A stretch of 64,000 nucleotides of DNA from Ekhidna sp. (GTDB lineage: Bacteria; Bacteroidota; Bacteroidia; Cytophagales; Cyclobacteriaceae): the NCBI RefSeq assembly GCF_965227465.1, contig NZ_OZ245746.1:1658365-1722364 (forward strand). The letters run 5' to 3'. The notes under the pieces were generated by a model that saw nothing but the letters and a program-made list of their open reading frames with translations, was not told the DNA's origin and made no database searches. Shown here piece after piece: positions 10,794 to 19,578 of the stretch. The position numbers and the translations under genes are program-made. Every line of letters starts with the position of its first letter. Within the stretch, counting starts at the first letter, position 1.

Positions 10794-11090
10794 TTGATGT
10801 ATCTTATTAAACAAATCCAATTAACAATGAAAAAGACATTAATAATTCTTGCTGTAATCGTGCTATCAAGCTGTGTTAGCCAAAAAAAATATGATGCATT
10901 GGAAGCAGAACTCGTAAAATATAAAGTTGATGATACTTTCCAGTCGAAGGAAGTTGCAGATGTTGCTTATTCGAAAACTAATGATATTACCGAACTCAAA
11001 AAAGAACTGAATAATCTTAAAATTCAAAATAAGGAACTAACACTTAAAGTAAAGGATTTAGAGGAGCAGCTTGAAGATTGTAACCAATAA
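10794..11090 (+). CDS. Small coiled-coil lipoprotein (likely start 10827, MKKTL)
   Basis: Lipobox LSSC followed by VSQKKY and a heptad-rich helix. Confidence 0.7.
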   Translation: MMYLIKQIQLTMKKTLIILAVIVLSSCVSQKKYDALEAELVKYKVDDTFQSKEVADVAYSKTNDITELKKELNNLKIQNKELTLKVKDLEEQLEDCNQ

Positions 11091-11100
11091 TCGAATAACC

Positions 11101-12411
11101 TTACTTATCAATCTGATCCAGCCTTCTGTGTAGGTCAGCTAAATCACTTTTATTCATATCTGAGGATTCAGCAGTTTCGATCACCATTTGCACATGCTTA
11201 TTCAGGGCCTCTCTTTGTTCGTCATTTTGTGTAAATGAATGAATCAGGACGAAGGACTCCATGAGTCTAATGAGAATGGAAGGGACGTTCGATCCAAACT
11301 GGCGAATCTGATTAAATGATGCGTCCATGATACCTGCGTAAGAGGTGGGTTTTACGATAATTCTTAGCTGTTCATCCTTATCAAATCGATAGGCTGAAGG
11401 GAAACTAACAGCGGAAAGTTTGCAAATAACACTTGTGAGTTTATCGATACAAGTTATGGCTGTGTACGGATCATTTATTCCAGGTGAAAGTGCTCTGGAT
11501 GCTATTTCAACCATTTGATGAATCGCAAATTCTGAATCCTGAATAGGGGTCCTGCGTTCTCCAAAAAGAAAATAACTATGCAACTTTTCCATTAGACTGT
11601 ACTCACATTCATCTTTGGAAAATACCTTCAAAAGAGTCTGGTTCTTAATCACAAAATCGCCAGGATTCAAATCAAGTTGAACAAGCAGGTCATGACTTTT
11701 TGCAGTTTTCATTAAGCCATCCTCATCCAAGGCTTGCAAATAGCCTGTCTGATTGCATATAACAGAACTTGTTGATGGAAGCTCTTTCTTGCGATTTTCT
11801 ACTTTCTCATTTTGATCAAGCTCCTGTTCTTTTCCGAGTTCGTATGGAAAAAGGGTATCAATGCTTTTGTGCAATTGAATGCTGATGTCAGACACAATTT
11901 TGTCTGCCTGTATACTCATGGAGATGTGATGAATAAATATAATTAGAAGAAAGATGTTCCCTAGGGCCAGGAGCATGGCGAATAAAACAGAAATATTGGG
12001 AATGAAAATCACCTCCTCAGTTGACTTAACTGTTCGCAAAACCATCAAACAATAAATAAATGTAGCTATGTAGGTACCCAGGACGAATTGGTTTAACCTG
12101 TCATGCATAAAATTTCGAAGCAGACGCGACCCATACTGCGAAGAAGCCAATGTTAAAGCTACCAGTGTGATTGAGAATACCGTACTTGCCACGCCCAACA
12201 TTCCTCCACCAACAATCGTAAGCACACTCCGGGCTGAATCTACACTACCTGAAAAAAAATACCTTATAGTGTTGTTAGGTGTATATGAGATTACGCTATC
12301 GACATAGACAAATCCTATAGCCAGCCCAATGGCTGTAAACACAAGAAGTAAAGGAAAGAACCAGAAACTGGATAGTATTTGGTCCCAGAAGTATAGCAGC
12401 CTTGTTTTCAC
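11101..12411 (-). CDS. DUF2254 family membrane protein
   Basis: SFWFFP, SITLVALTLASSQYG.RLL, and D......EIA.RALSPGINDP.TA...ID motifs. Confidence 0.9.
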   Translation of the reverse strand: MKTRLLYFWDQILSSFWFFPLLLVFTAIGLAIGFVYVDSVISYTPNNTIRYFFSGSVDSARSVLTIVGGGMLGVASTVFSITLVALTLASSQYGSRLLRNFMHDRLNQFVLGTYIATFIYCLMVLRTVKSTEEVIFIPNISVLFAMLLALGNIFLLIIFIHHISMSIQADKIVSDISIQLHKSIDTLFPYELGKEQELDQNEKVENRKKELPSTSSVICNQTGYLQALDEDGLMKTAKSHDLLVQLDLNPGDFVIKNQTLLKVFSKDECEYSLMEKLHSYFLFGERRTPIQDSEFAIHQMVEIASRALSPGINDPYTAITCIDKLTSVICKLSAVSFPSAYRFDKDEQLRIIVKPTSYAGIMDASFNQIRQFGSNVPSILIRLMESFVLIHSFTQNDEQREALNKHVQMVIETAESSDMNKSDLADLHRRLDQIDK

Positions 12412-12488
12412 AACTAAACGTTTGATTTAATACTAAGCTAATGTTTCTTTCTTGATCTATTTTACTAAAAATATTAGTAATTTTAATT

Positions 12489-13538
12489 ATGGATTATATA
12501 AAGGGTAAAGGAGCACAGATTAATGTAGCCAATAAGTTTGCGAGTAGTCATTTATCAACTGACTCATTGGATGGAATAGATGAAGAGCTAATTCAGGAAA
12601 AACCTAAAACTGAAGTATTTAAGGAAACACCTAAAAAAATCATCTCTACCAACAACAGTCCGGATATAGGTTTATCAGCATCCATTAATCCATATCAGGG
12701 ATGCGAACATGGGTGTGTTTACTGTTATGCTCGTAACTCTCATGAATATTGGGGGTTTAGCGCGGGGTTGGATTTCGAAACCAAGATTATTGTGAAGCCC
12801 GAAGCACCAGCGCTATTGGAAAAGGAATTTCTTAGATCTTCATGGAAGCCAAAAACCATCATGCTTAGTGGCAATACAGATTGTTATCAACCACTTGAGC
12901 GTGAATACCAACTAACAAGAAAACTGCTTGGTGTTTTTAATAAGTATCAGAACCCTGTGGGAATTATCACAAAAAATGCACTGGTCACAAGAGATATAGA
13001 CATCCTCAAAGAGCTTGCTTCTAACAATTTAGTCCAGGTAATCTTCTCGATAACCTCTCTTGATGAGCAACTAAGACAGAAACTAGAACCGAGGACTGCC
13101 AGCGCATCAAAAAAACTGAAAGCCATGGAAACATTGGCAGCTGAGGGGATACCTGTTGGAGTCATGAATGCCCCAATTATCCCAGGGTTGAATCATCATG
13201 AAACTCCAGAAATATTAAAGGCTGCTTCCAATGCAGGTGCGAGTTTCGCCAGCTATACGGTTGTTCGACTCAATGGTCAGATCAATAAGATTTTTCACGA
13301 CTGGCTAAAAAAGAGTTACCCGGATCGGGTAGAAAAGGTTTGGCACCAGATTCAGGATTTACATGGCGGCAATGTGAATGACACGGAGTTTGGACGGAGA
13401 ATAAAAGGAGACGGGAAAATATCCGAAGCGATTAAAAACTTATTTGAGGTGAGTAAGCGAAAGTATTTCAAGAACAAATCATTTGAACCCCTGGAAACTT
13501 CACACTTTAGAAGGAAGGGGAACTACAGTCTTTTTTAA
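12489..13538 (+). CDS. PA0069-family radical SAM protein
   Basis: KGKGAQIN, SINPYQGCEHGCVYCYAR (CxxxCxxC), GNTDCYQP. Confidence 0.9.
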   Translation: MDYIKGKGAQINVANKFASSHLSTDSLDGIDEELIQEKPKTEVFKETPKKIISTNNSPDIGLSASINPYQGCEHGCVYCYARNSHEYWGFSAGLDFETKIIVKPEAPALLEKEFLRSSWKPKTIMLSGNTDCYQPLEREYQLTRKLLGVFNKYQNPVGIITKNALVTRDIDILKELASNNLVQVIFSITSLDEQLRQKLEPRTASASKKLKAMETLAAEGIPVGVMNAPIIPGLNHHETPEILKAASNAGASFASYTVVRLNGQINKIFHDWLKKSYPDRVEKVWHQIQDLHGGNVNDTEFGRRIKGDGKISEAIKNLFEVSKRKYFKNKSFEPLETSHFRRKGNYSLF

Positions 13539-13540
13539 AT

Positions 13541-13568
13541 AAAAAAACCTCCCATATTTCATGGGAGG
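13541..13568 (-). terminator. Rho-independent terminator between convergent radical SAM and DoxX genes
   Basis: CCTCCCAT-atttc-ATGGGAGG with an A7 tract on the + side (U7 on the - strand). Confidence 0.65.
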
Positions 13569-13616
13569 CCTCTCTTCATACTTATCTAGTATTGTCTAGA
13601 TTAAGGTTATTTATCT

Positions 13617-13973
13617 TTAATCACTTAAATGCGCACTCATAAACCAGGCTCCCCCAGCCAGCGCAATATCCTTTAAGAACATGGATGAACTTACCGGATC
13701 TTGGCTCATAAAGCCGGATAAATGAATCAATACGGCAAATAATGCAAGCATTAAACCAAGTAATTGTGCTGCCAATTTAGCTTTTTTTCCAATAATGATA
13801 GCAACGGCAGCAAGTAATAATGCGATACCCGTTAAGTAAACAAAAAAGACCGGGGCAGGAAGAAAATCAGGCACCATACCTTTCATATCATCTGCACCCA
13901 TGAGGTGAAAAATTCCGAACATTGCCATTGGTCCGGCATACATGAGCTTTCCAAGAAATCCTAAGCTTTTCAT
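13617..13973 (-). CDS. DoxX family membrane protein
   Basis: Four TM helices; FGIFH, VP.FLP, IH and FLKDIALAGGA motifs. Confidence 0.85.
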   Translation of the reverse strand: MKSLGFLGKLMYAGPMAMFGIFHLMGADDMKGMVPDFLPAPVFFVYLTGIALLLAAVAIIIGKKAKLAAQLLGLMLALFAVLIHLSGFMSQDPVSSSMFLKDIALAGGAWFMSAHLSD

Positions 13974-14066
13974 TTGGTTGAGTTAAAGGTTGAAAATGAA
14001 TGTTAATCACTTTCAAGATACATTTTTTGAGTGGTATTCACAAAAAGTGCAACCAGATCACAATCG

Positions 14067-14720
14067 CTATAATTTAGCCATTTGACCGATCAACGTTTGA
14101 GCGACATTATCTTTAATTGAATACCAAACCCCCTCAAGATTCACACAATTATTCACTGATTTTTTGCTTGGTTTTATTGATTCAAAATTGATTGAATAGA
14201 TTAGTTCCATCATATTTCTACCGGCTTCCCAATCGATTGACTGATTATCATTTACTAAAACCATTCTTTCCCAGAACTTCCATTTAATTTGAACTGCTTG
14301 CCCGTCAAGTTTTAGGTCCAATTGAAGCGGTAGTTCCAGTTGATCCCTCTCTACAATGGCTTGCATCAGTTCCTGAAATAACTTATCTGCTTTCTTGATT
14401 TCCTTTGGGAATCCCAACTCAGAGTCATTCACACTGATATGCAAATAAATTTCTGCATCCGGATCTTCCATTGACTTTAGCCTTGCAAATGATTCAATAT
14501 CTTTTTTCCAGTTAGGATTGAAATCACCTTTCCATGAATAATCATCATTCTCCGTAAAACCCTCGGACTTAACAGCATCAATAGAAATCAGATCACGATT
14601 GAGATATACAATTTCAAACTCCGTTTTAATTTGGTCACCTGAACTATCAAATTTCAAAACTGCAGCGTATGCGTAAGGGGGTGATAACAATTGAGGTTGG
14701 TAGGACAATGTTATTTTCAT
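14067..14720 (-). CDS. Hypothetical protein
   Basis: 217-aa ORF coupled to the menE stop (4-nt overlap); no recognised motif. Confidence 0.7.
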   Translation of the reverse strand: MKITLSYQPQLLSPPYAYAAVLKFDSSGDQIKTEFEIVYLNRDLISIDAVKSEGFTENDDYSWKGDFNPNWKKDIESFARLKSMEDPDAEIYLHISVNDSELGFPKEIKKADKLFQELMQAIVERDQLELPLQLDLKLDGQAVQIKWKFWERMVLVNDNQSIDWEAGRNMMELIYSINFESIKPSKKSVNNCVNLEGVWYSIKDNVAQTLIGQMAKL

Positions 14721-15730
14721 TGCGTTTTTTCAAATTGAGATTGCGTTTTTAACCGATCAATTTTGCCATTTTCTGTTTTAAAAATAACCTGATTAAAAAA
14801 TACATCTTTAGGTTTATGATACTTGGGGAGAGTAGAAAAATTCACGTTTTGAGTATTTCCATCTGAAAGTAGGACAGCCTTCTTTCCAAGATTTTTATCA
14901 GGTAAATACGCAATCATAATATCACCATCAAATTGCTCCTTGAGAAGCTTCTCTACATACTCGGGATTAATTTTTATTCCACCTGAATTAATGATAAAAT
15001 CTGCCCTTCCAATCCATTTAAATGATCTGGCATCAATCATGTCAACTATATCATTGGTTTTAAGCCATTTATGATCTGTTATAGATCCTTTTATTTTCAA
15101 AGTCTGATCATCCGTCAATCCAATTATCGTATCCCCAGTGGTTTCGAATATTTCAGAAGCAATTTCTCTTAACGCAATATGAGATACGGTTTCGGTCATC
15201 CCAAAAGTGGAAAACACTTTTGATTCATAGGGTGTATCCAGAACAGCCATAGGAGCACCACCAATCAGAACCACTTTAAAGGCGTCAATTTGCTTTTTCG
15301 GTAGTTTGTAAAACTGGAGTGGAGCAAGAGATACCAGATCAAATGGCTGATCATCTAGTTGAAACTGGAGTTCATTTGCAGGCTCAAGCAGCGTCAGGTC
15401 ATGATCAAATATTAGTGCACGATATACAACCATGGCACCTCCAATAAATAAGGGATTCAAGCAAAGAAAAGAATGCTTAATACTACCAAGAGGATCAATG
15501 GCAGCCATTGTGGCGCTAGCACTTATTTCAATTTTATCCCTACTAATTTCAATTTTCTTGGGTCTACCTGTTGAGCCTGAGGTATGATGACTGAAATTTT
15601 GTACTGAGGAGTGCCAACTTTGGATTAACCTTAACACATTTTTTTCATACTCGTTATATCTTTCCGTTGGAAGGTCATCTTTTAGAATTTCTTCTAACTT
15701 TAAAACGAAATTTTTAGATTTTATAATCAC
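14717..15730 (-). CDS. menE: O-succinylbenzoate-CoA ligase (short Bacteroidetes type)
   Basis: TSGSTGRPK, YGMTET-like FGMTET, GRADFIINSGGIKI, GKID adenylation motifs; men genes nearby; GTG start. Confidence 0.85.
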   Translation of the reverse strand: MIIKSKNFVLKLEEILKDDLPTERYNEYEKNVLRLIQSWHSSVQNFSHHTSGSTGRPKKIEISRDKIEISASATMAAIDPLGSIKHSFLCLNPLFIGGAMVVYRALIFDHDLTLLEPANELQFQLDDQPFDLVSLAPLQFYKLPKKQIDAFKVVLIGGAPMAVLDTPYESKVFSTFGMTETVSHIALREIASEIFETTGDTIIGLTDDQTLKIKGSITDHKWLKTNDIVDMIDARSFKWIGRADFIINSGGIKINPEYVEKLLKEQFDGDIMIAYLPDKNLGKKAVLLSDGNTQNVNFSTLPKYHKPKDVFFNQVIFKTENGKIDRLKTQSQFEKTQ

Positions 15731-15735
15731 TGCGC

Positions 15736-16293
15736 TTGGAAAACGAAGAGGTAATAGTTAATAGATTGATAAACAAAGATAAGCGGGCATTTGAACTCGT
15801 GTTTAATCAATATTATAATGTGATGGTATTATACGCCTCTAGGTTCATGGACACTCGTGCTGAAGCGGAAGAAATAGCCCAGGACGTCTTCGTAAAATTT
15901 TGGGAAAAGTGCGAATCATTATCCGAGGATTCATCGATCAAAAGCTATTTATATCGATCTGTTCATAATTCCTGCCTCAATTCAATCAAGCACGACAAGG
16001 TGAAAGATGGATACAGACAGCACGTGATCCATGTCATGGAATCTTCCTACCAAACAGAAATAGATGAAAACGATCCGGATGTTATACGCGAACGGATTCA
16101 TAAAGAAATTGATAAACTACCCCCACGATGTGCTGAAATATTTAAGCTTAGTCGGTTTGAAGGGTTAAAGTATCAGGAAATTGCAGATCACTTAAGTATT
16201 TCTGTAAAGACGGTTGAGGTACAAATGGGTAAAGCATTGAAAGTTTTGAGGGAAAGTCTACAGGACCTGAAAAACCTTCGGGATGCGAGCTAA
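15736..16293 (+). CDS. ECF RNA polymerase sigma-70 factor (Bacteroidetes FecI-like)
   Basis: AEEIAQDVFVKFWE, SYLYRSVHNSCLN, LPPRCAEIFKLSR and SVKTVEVQMGKAL; TTG start. Confidence 0.95.
   Translation: MENEEVIVNRLINKDKRAFELVFNQYYNVMVLYASRFMDTRAEAEEIAQDVFVKFWEKCESLSEDSSIKSYLYRSVHNSCLNSIKHDKVKDGYRQHVIHVMESSYQTEIDENDPDVIRERIHKEIDKLPPRCAEIFKLSRFEGLKYQEIADHLSISVKTVEVQMGKALKVLRESLQDLKNLRDAS
15774..15781 (-). promoter_or_regulatory. Candidate Bacteroidetes -7 promoter box for menE, inside the ECF sigma CDS
   Basis: The - strand reads TATCTTTG (TAnnTTTG consensus), 43 nt upstream of the menE GTG. No matching -33 box was seen. Confidence 0.45.
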
Positions 16294-17689
16294 TTTATTT
16301 ATTCTCTTTCTCATTTATGCTGTTTCCTCGTTCGGTCAGTTTAGAAAAAGTGATCGAATTTCTATTTCTGTCAAAGATGCTCCTTTAGAGGCAATTTTTG
16401 ATTCATTGAGTGCTCAGACTGATTATTTTTTCAGTTATAACACAGACCTATTACCCAAAGGCAGCCTTTATACAATTAGTGCAGAAAATGAACCCATTGA
16501 TCAGTTTCTCTCCAGGTTATTTATCGGTACGGGATTAAAATATTCCTTCTTTAAAGACCAAATAATTTTACATTATGAAGCGCCTCAGCTGGTGGTTAAA
16601 AAAAAGAATTTCTTTACAATTTCGGGAACTGTCTATGACGAAAATGGCCAACCACTAAATAGTGCCAATGTATTTCTTGATGGAACAACCATAGGTGTTT
16701 CAAGTGATATTGACGGGAATTACAAGCTTGAATCTATTCCCCCCGGCTTTTACAACATCGTGTTTTCACATGTCGGATATGAAAATGCGGTGTATCAATT
16801 ATCAGAAATTAATGGAGGGGCTCGGATCCAAAATCACCAAATGGAGCTGGACCTGGGCCAATTAGAAGAGGTGGAAGTCATTTCCAATAGGATAAGGCGG
16901 ACGGAAGATAGCTGGTTGGCCTATTACCTTGCTTTTAAAAAGGAACTTATTGGACTGACAGAAAATGCTGATAAATGCGTAATCGAAAACCCGGAAGCTC
17001 TTGACTTCACCTATAATAGGGGAGCAAATGCACTTAGAGCCTATGCCAGTGAGCCACTGCAGATTAGGAATGATGCATTAGGTTATCGGATTACTTACTT
17101 TCTTGAATCCTTTCGGAAGGAAAATGATGGAGATCTAAGATTCAGAGGAAAAATTAGGTTTAGAAATCTTGCGGCTATGAATGGTGCTGAGAAGAGGGAG
17201 TGGAAAAGAAATAGAAAAGAAAGCTACTATGGATCCTTCAATCACTTCAAGAAATCATTGCTTGATGGAAATCTTAGAAAAGACGGGTATCGAATTTATC
17301 GATTAAGAGATCTGGAAAAATTCGAAATGAAAAAAGAAAATGAACTGACAGAAGCAGATATCTTAGTTTTCAAGGGGAATCACTATGAGTTGGATTTTAA
17401 TAACCACCTAATTGTTGAATATCGAAGGGAGAGGGAGTCACGCAGTTTTCTCAGAAACAGCAGCGTAGTAGATGTGATATATTCAGAGTATATCACTCCA
17501 AATGGTATTTTAGCTAAGGATCCAGGAAATCAAATTTCAATAATTAGATTGCTTCGAGGATCACTTAGATTAGATTTGTCAGGAGAAATTATGGATAAAT
17601 TTGGGGTCACCACTTTTGGCTATTGGTCATGGGAAAGGACGGCAGATTTAGTCCCAATAAATTATGATCCAAAATATGATAATTTATAA
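16283..17689 (+). CDS. Secreted protein: STN-like domain + carboxypeptidase-regulatory-like domain + uncharacterised C-terminal domain
   Basis: Signal peptide; ISISVKDAPLEAIFDSLSAQTDYFFSYN (STN-like); ISGTVYDENGQPL..ANVFL.GTTIG..SD.DG.Y.L; no TonB-dependent barrel (468 aa). Confidence 0.75.
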   Translation: MRANLFILFLIYAVSSFGQFRKSDRISISVKDAPLEAIFDSLSAQTDYFFSYNTDLLPKGSLYTISAENEPIDQFLSRLFIGTGLKYSFFKDQIILHYEAPQLVVKKKNFFTISGTVYDENGQPLNSANVFLDGTTIGVSSDIDGNYKLESIPPGFYNIVFSHVGYENAVYQLSEINGGARIQNHQMELDLGQLEEVEVISNRIRRTEDSWLAYYLAFKKELIGLTENADKCVIENPEALDFTYNRGANALRAYASEPLQIRNDALGYRITYFLESFRKENDGDLRFRGKIRFRNLAAMNGAEKREWKRNRKESYYGSFNHFKKSLLDGNLRKDGYRIYRLRDLEKFEMKKENELTEADILVFKGNHYELDFNNHLIVEYRRERESRSFLRNSSVVDVIYSEYITPNGILAKDPGNQISIIRLLRGSLRLDLSGEIMDKFGVTTFGYWSWERTADLVPINYDPKYDNL

Positions 17690-17746
17690 AATAAAATTAG
17701 GGGGTGAGCGTCTCTAAGTTGTTAATAACCAGACGATAAGAAGAAA

Positions 17747-18670
17747 ATGGAAGAAGTATTAGCAAAATATTTTTCTGGTGAAGCTACCAATGACGAAATA
17801 ACATTGGTTGAAAGCTGGAGATCAGAATCTGAAAGCAACGCAAAAACGTTTTTTTACACCAAAAATGTTTGGTTGGCGTCACAGCCAGAAGTTGCTGCTC
17901 CGTCTGATGTTTTAGATGGAATTTTAAGTTCGCCTCAAGGAAAGCAGGTTCCTTTTATAATGAGAAGTTGGGTTAAATATGCAAGTGCTGCCGTACTCGT
18001 TCTCGCTATATCACTGCTTTTTGTTCTTAACAACGATTCAGGTGAAAGTGTATACACCAATCAGTCTTTGACAGATGGTAGTGAGATTTTACTACATGGA
18101 ACATCCAGCATGGAAGTAGTAAACTTTGATGAAAATATAAGAGAGGTTCGAATAGCAGGTAAAGGATACTTTGATATTGAAAGAGATGAAGCCCGACCTT
18201 TTATTATCCACACAGACAATGCGAAGATTCAGGTTTTAGGAACATCATTTCTGGTCAAAACTACTGCGTACGGTACGGAGGTATGTGTTGAGTCCGGCGT
18301 GGTTGAATTATCAAAGAAAGCAAGAGGTTCGGAAGTAATTTCTGTCAAGCTTGAGAAAGGAGAGATGGGGCTTATAAGCAATAACAACAAAGGCATAATC
18401 AAAAGAAACATTGGTGATGCCAACTATCTGGCATGGAAGACCAAGGTGCTTACATTTAATGGGAGTACCATGACCGAAGTGGAGCAGGTGTTGGAAGATG
18501 TCTACGGAATCGACGTGAAGTTTGAAAATCCGGATTTCAAAAACTGTAAGCTTACCGCCAAGTTCAACAAAAAGAAAGCAAAAGATGCCATCGAAATAAT
18601 CGCCCGTACGTTTGGCGTTGATTTTGAATTTTCGAATGGCGAAGCAGTATTAAAAGGAAAGGGGTGCTAA
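17747..18670 (+). CDS. FecR family anti-sigma factor
   Basis: LAKYFSGE start, central TM, LTDGS, GKGYFDI..D..RPF, VLGTSF, and a C-terminal AWK...L.F domain. Confidence 0.9.
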   Translation: MEEVLAKYFSGEATNDEITLVESWRSESESNAKTFFYTKNVWLASQPEVAAPSDVLDGILSSPQGKQVPFIMRSWVKYASAAVLVLAISLLFVLNNDSGESVYTNQSLTDGSEILLHGTSSMEVVNFDENIREVRIAGKGYFDIERDEARPFIIHTDNAKIQVLGTSFLVKTTAYGTEVCVESGVVELSKKARGSEVISVKLEKGEMGLISNNNKGIIKRNIGDANYLAWKTKVLTFNGSTMTEVEQVLEDVYGIDVKFENPDFKNCKLTAKFNKKKAKDAIEIIARTFGVDFEFSNGEAVLKGKGC

Positions 18671-18686
18671 AACACTCCTTTGAAAG

Positions 18687-18719
18687 AGTCGTCCCACCAC
18701 TTCAAGTGGTGGGACGACT
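18687..18719. terminator. Perfect 15-bp-stem hairpin, likely bidirectional terminator (possibly REP-derived)
   Basis: AGTCGTCCCACCACT-tca-AGTGGTGGGACGACT between the convergent fecR and menB genes. Confidence 0.75.
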
Positions 18720-18729
18720 TATTTACTTA

Positions 18730-19578
18730 TCACGGAATCCACTTAATATCACTAAAATCAGGCTTTCGTTTCTCTAAGAAGGCATTTCGACCTTCCTTCG
18801 CTTCATCAGTCATATAAGCCAACCTGGTGGCTTCACCGGCAAAAACCTGCTGGCCAACCATGCCGTCATCGGTCAGGTTGAACGCAAACTTCAGCATCTT
18901 AATAGAAGTAGGGGATTTTGCCAATATTTCCTGAGCCCATGAATAAGCTTCATCTTCTAGTTGATCATGGGGAATAACAGCATTCACCATTCCCATTTCA
19001 AAAGCTTCCTGTGCGGAATAATTTCTACCTAAGAAGAATATTTCCCTCGCACGCTTTTGCCCAACCATTTTTGCCAGATAGGCTGATCCATATCCGCCAT
19101 CAAAACTGGTTACATCTGCATCGGTTTGCTTAAATATCGCATGTTCCTTGCTCGCTAGCGTTAAGTCACAAACCGTATGCAGGCTATGACCGCCACCAAC
19201 AGCCCAACCTGGTACCACTGCTATTACCACCTTTGGCATAAATCGAATTAACCTTTGCACCTCAAGGATGTTAAGCCGAGGCATACCGTCATCGTCTACA
19301 TAGCCTTGATGCCCTCTGGCATTCTGATCTCCGCCACTGCAAAAAGCCCAGCCGCCATCTTTGGCTGATGGACCTTCTCCGCTCAGGAGAACCACACCGA
19401 TATTGACATCCTCTCTGGCATCATGAAAAGCCTTATAAAGTTCACCCACAGTCTTGGGACGAAAAGCATTTCGAACTTCTGGTCTGTTAAATGCTATTCT
19501 GGCAACCTTACCACATTTTTTATAAGTAATATCCTCAAAGCCTTCAGCTTTAATCCAATCAATCTTTGATTCGCTCAT
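18730..19578 (-). CDS. menB: 1,4-dihydroxy-2-naphthoyl-CoA synthase
   Basis: FNRPEVRNAF, FCSGGDQ, GGGHSL and DADVTSFDGGYGS. Confidence 0.97.
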   Translation of the reverse strand: MSESKIDWIKAEGFEDITYKKCGKVARIAFNRPEVRNAFRPKTVGELYKAFHDAREDVNIGVVLLSGEGPSAKDGGWAFCSGGDQNARGHQGYVDDDGMPRLNILEVQRLIRFMPKVVIAVVPGWAVGGGHSLHTVCDLTLASKEHAIFKQTDADVTSFDGGYGSAYLAKMVGQKRAREIFFLGRNYSAQEAFEMGMVNAVIPHDQLEDEAYSWAQEILAKSPTSIKMLKFAFNLTDDGMVGQQVFAGEATRLAYMTDEAKEGRNAFLEKRKPDFSDIKWIP

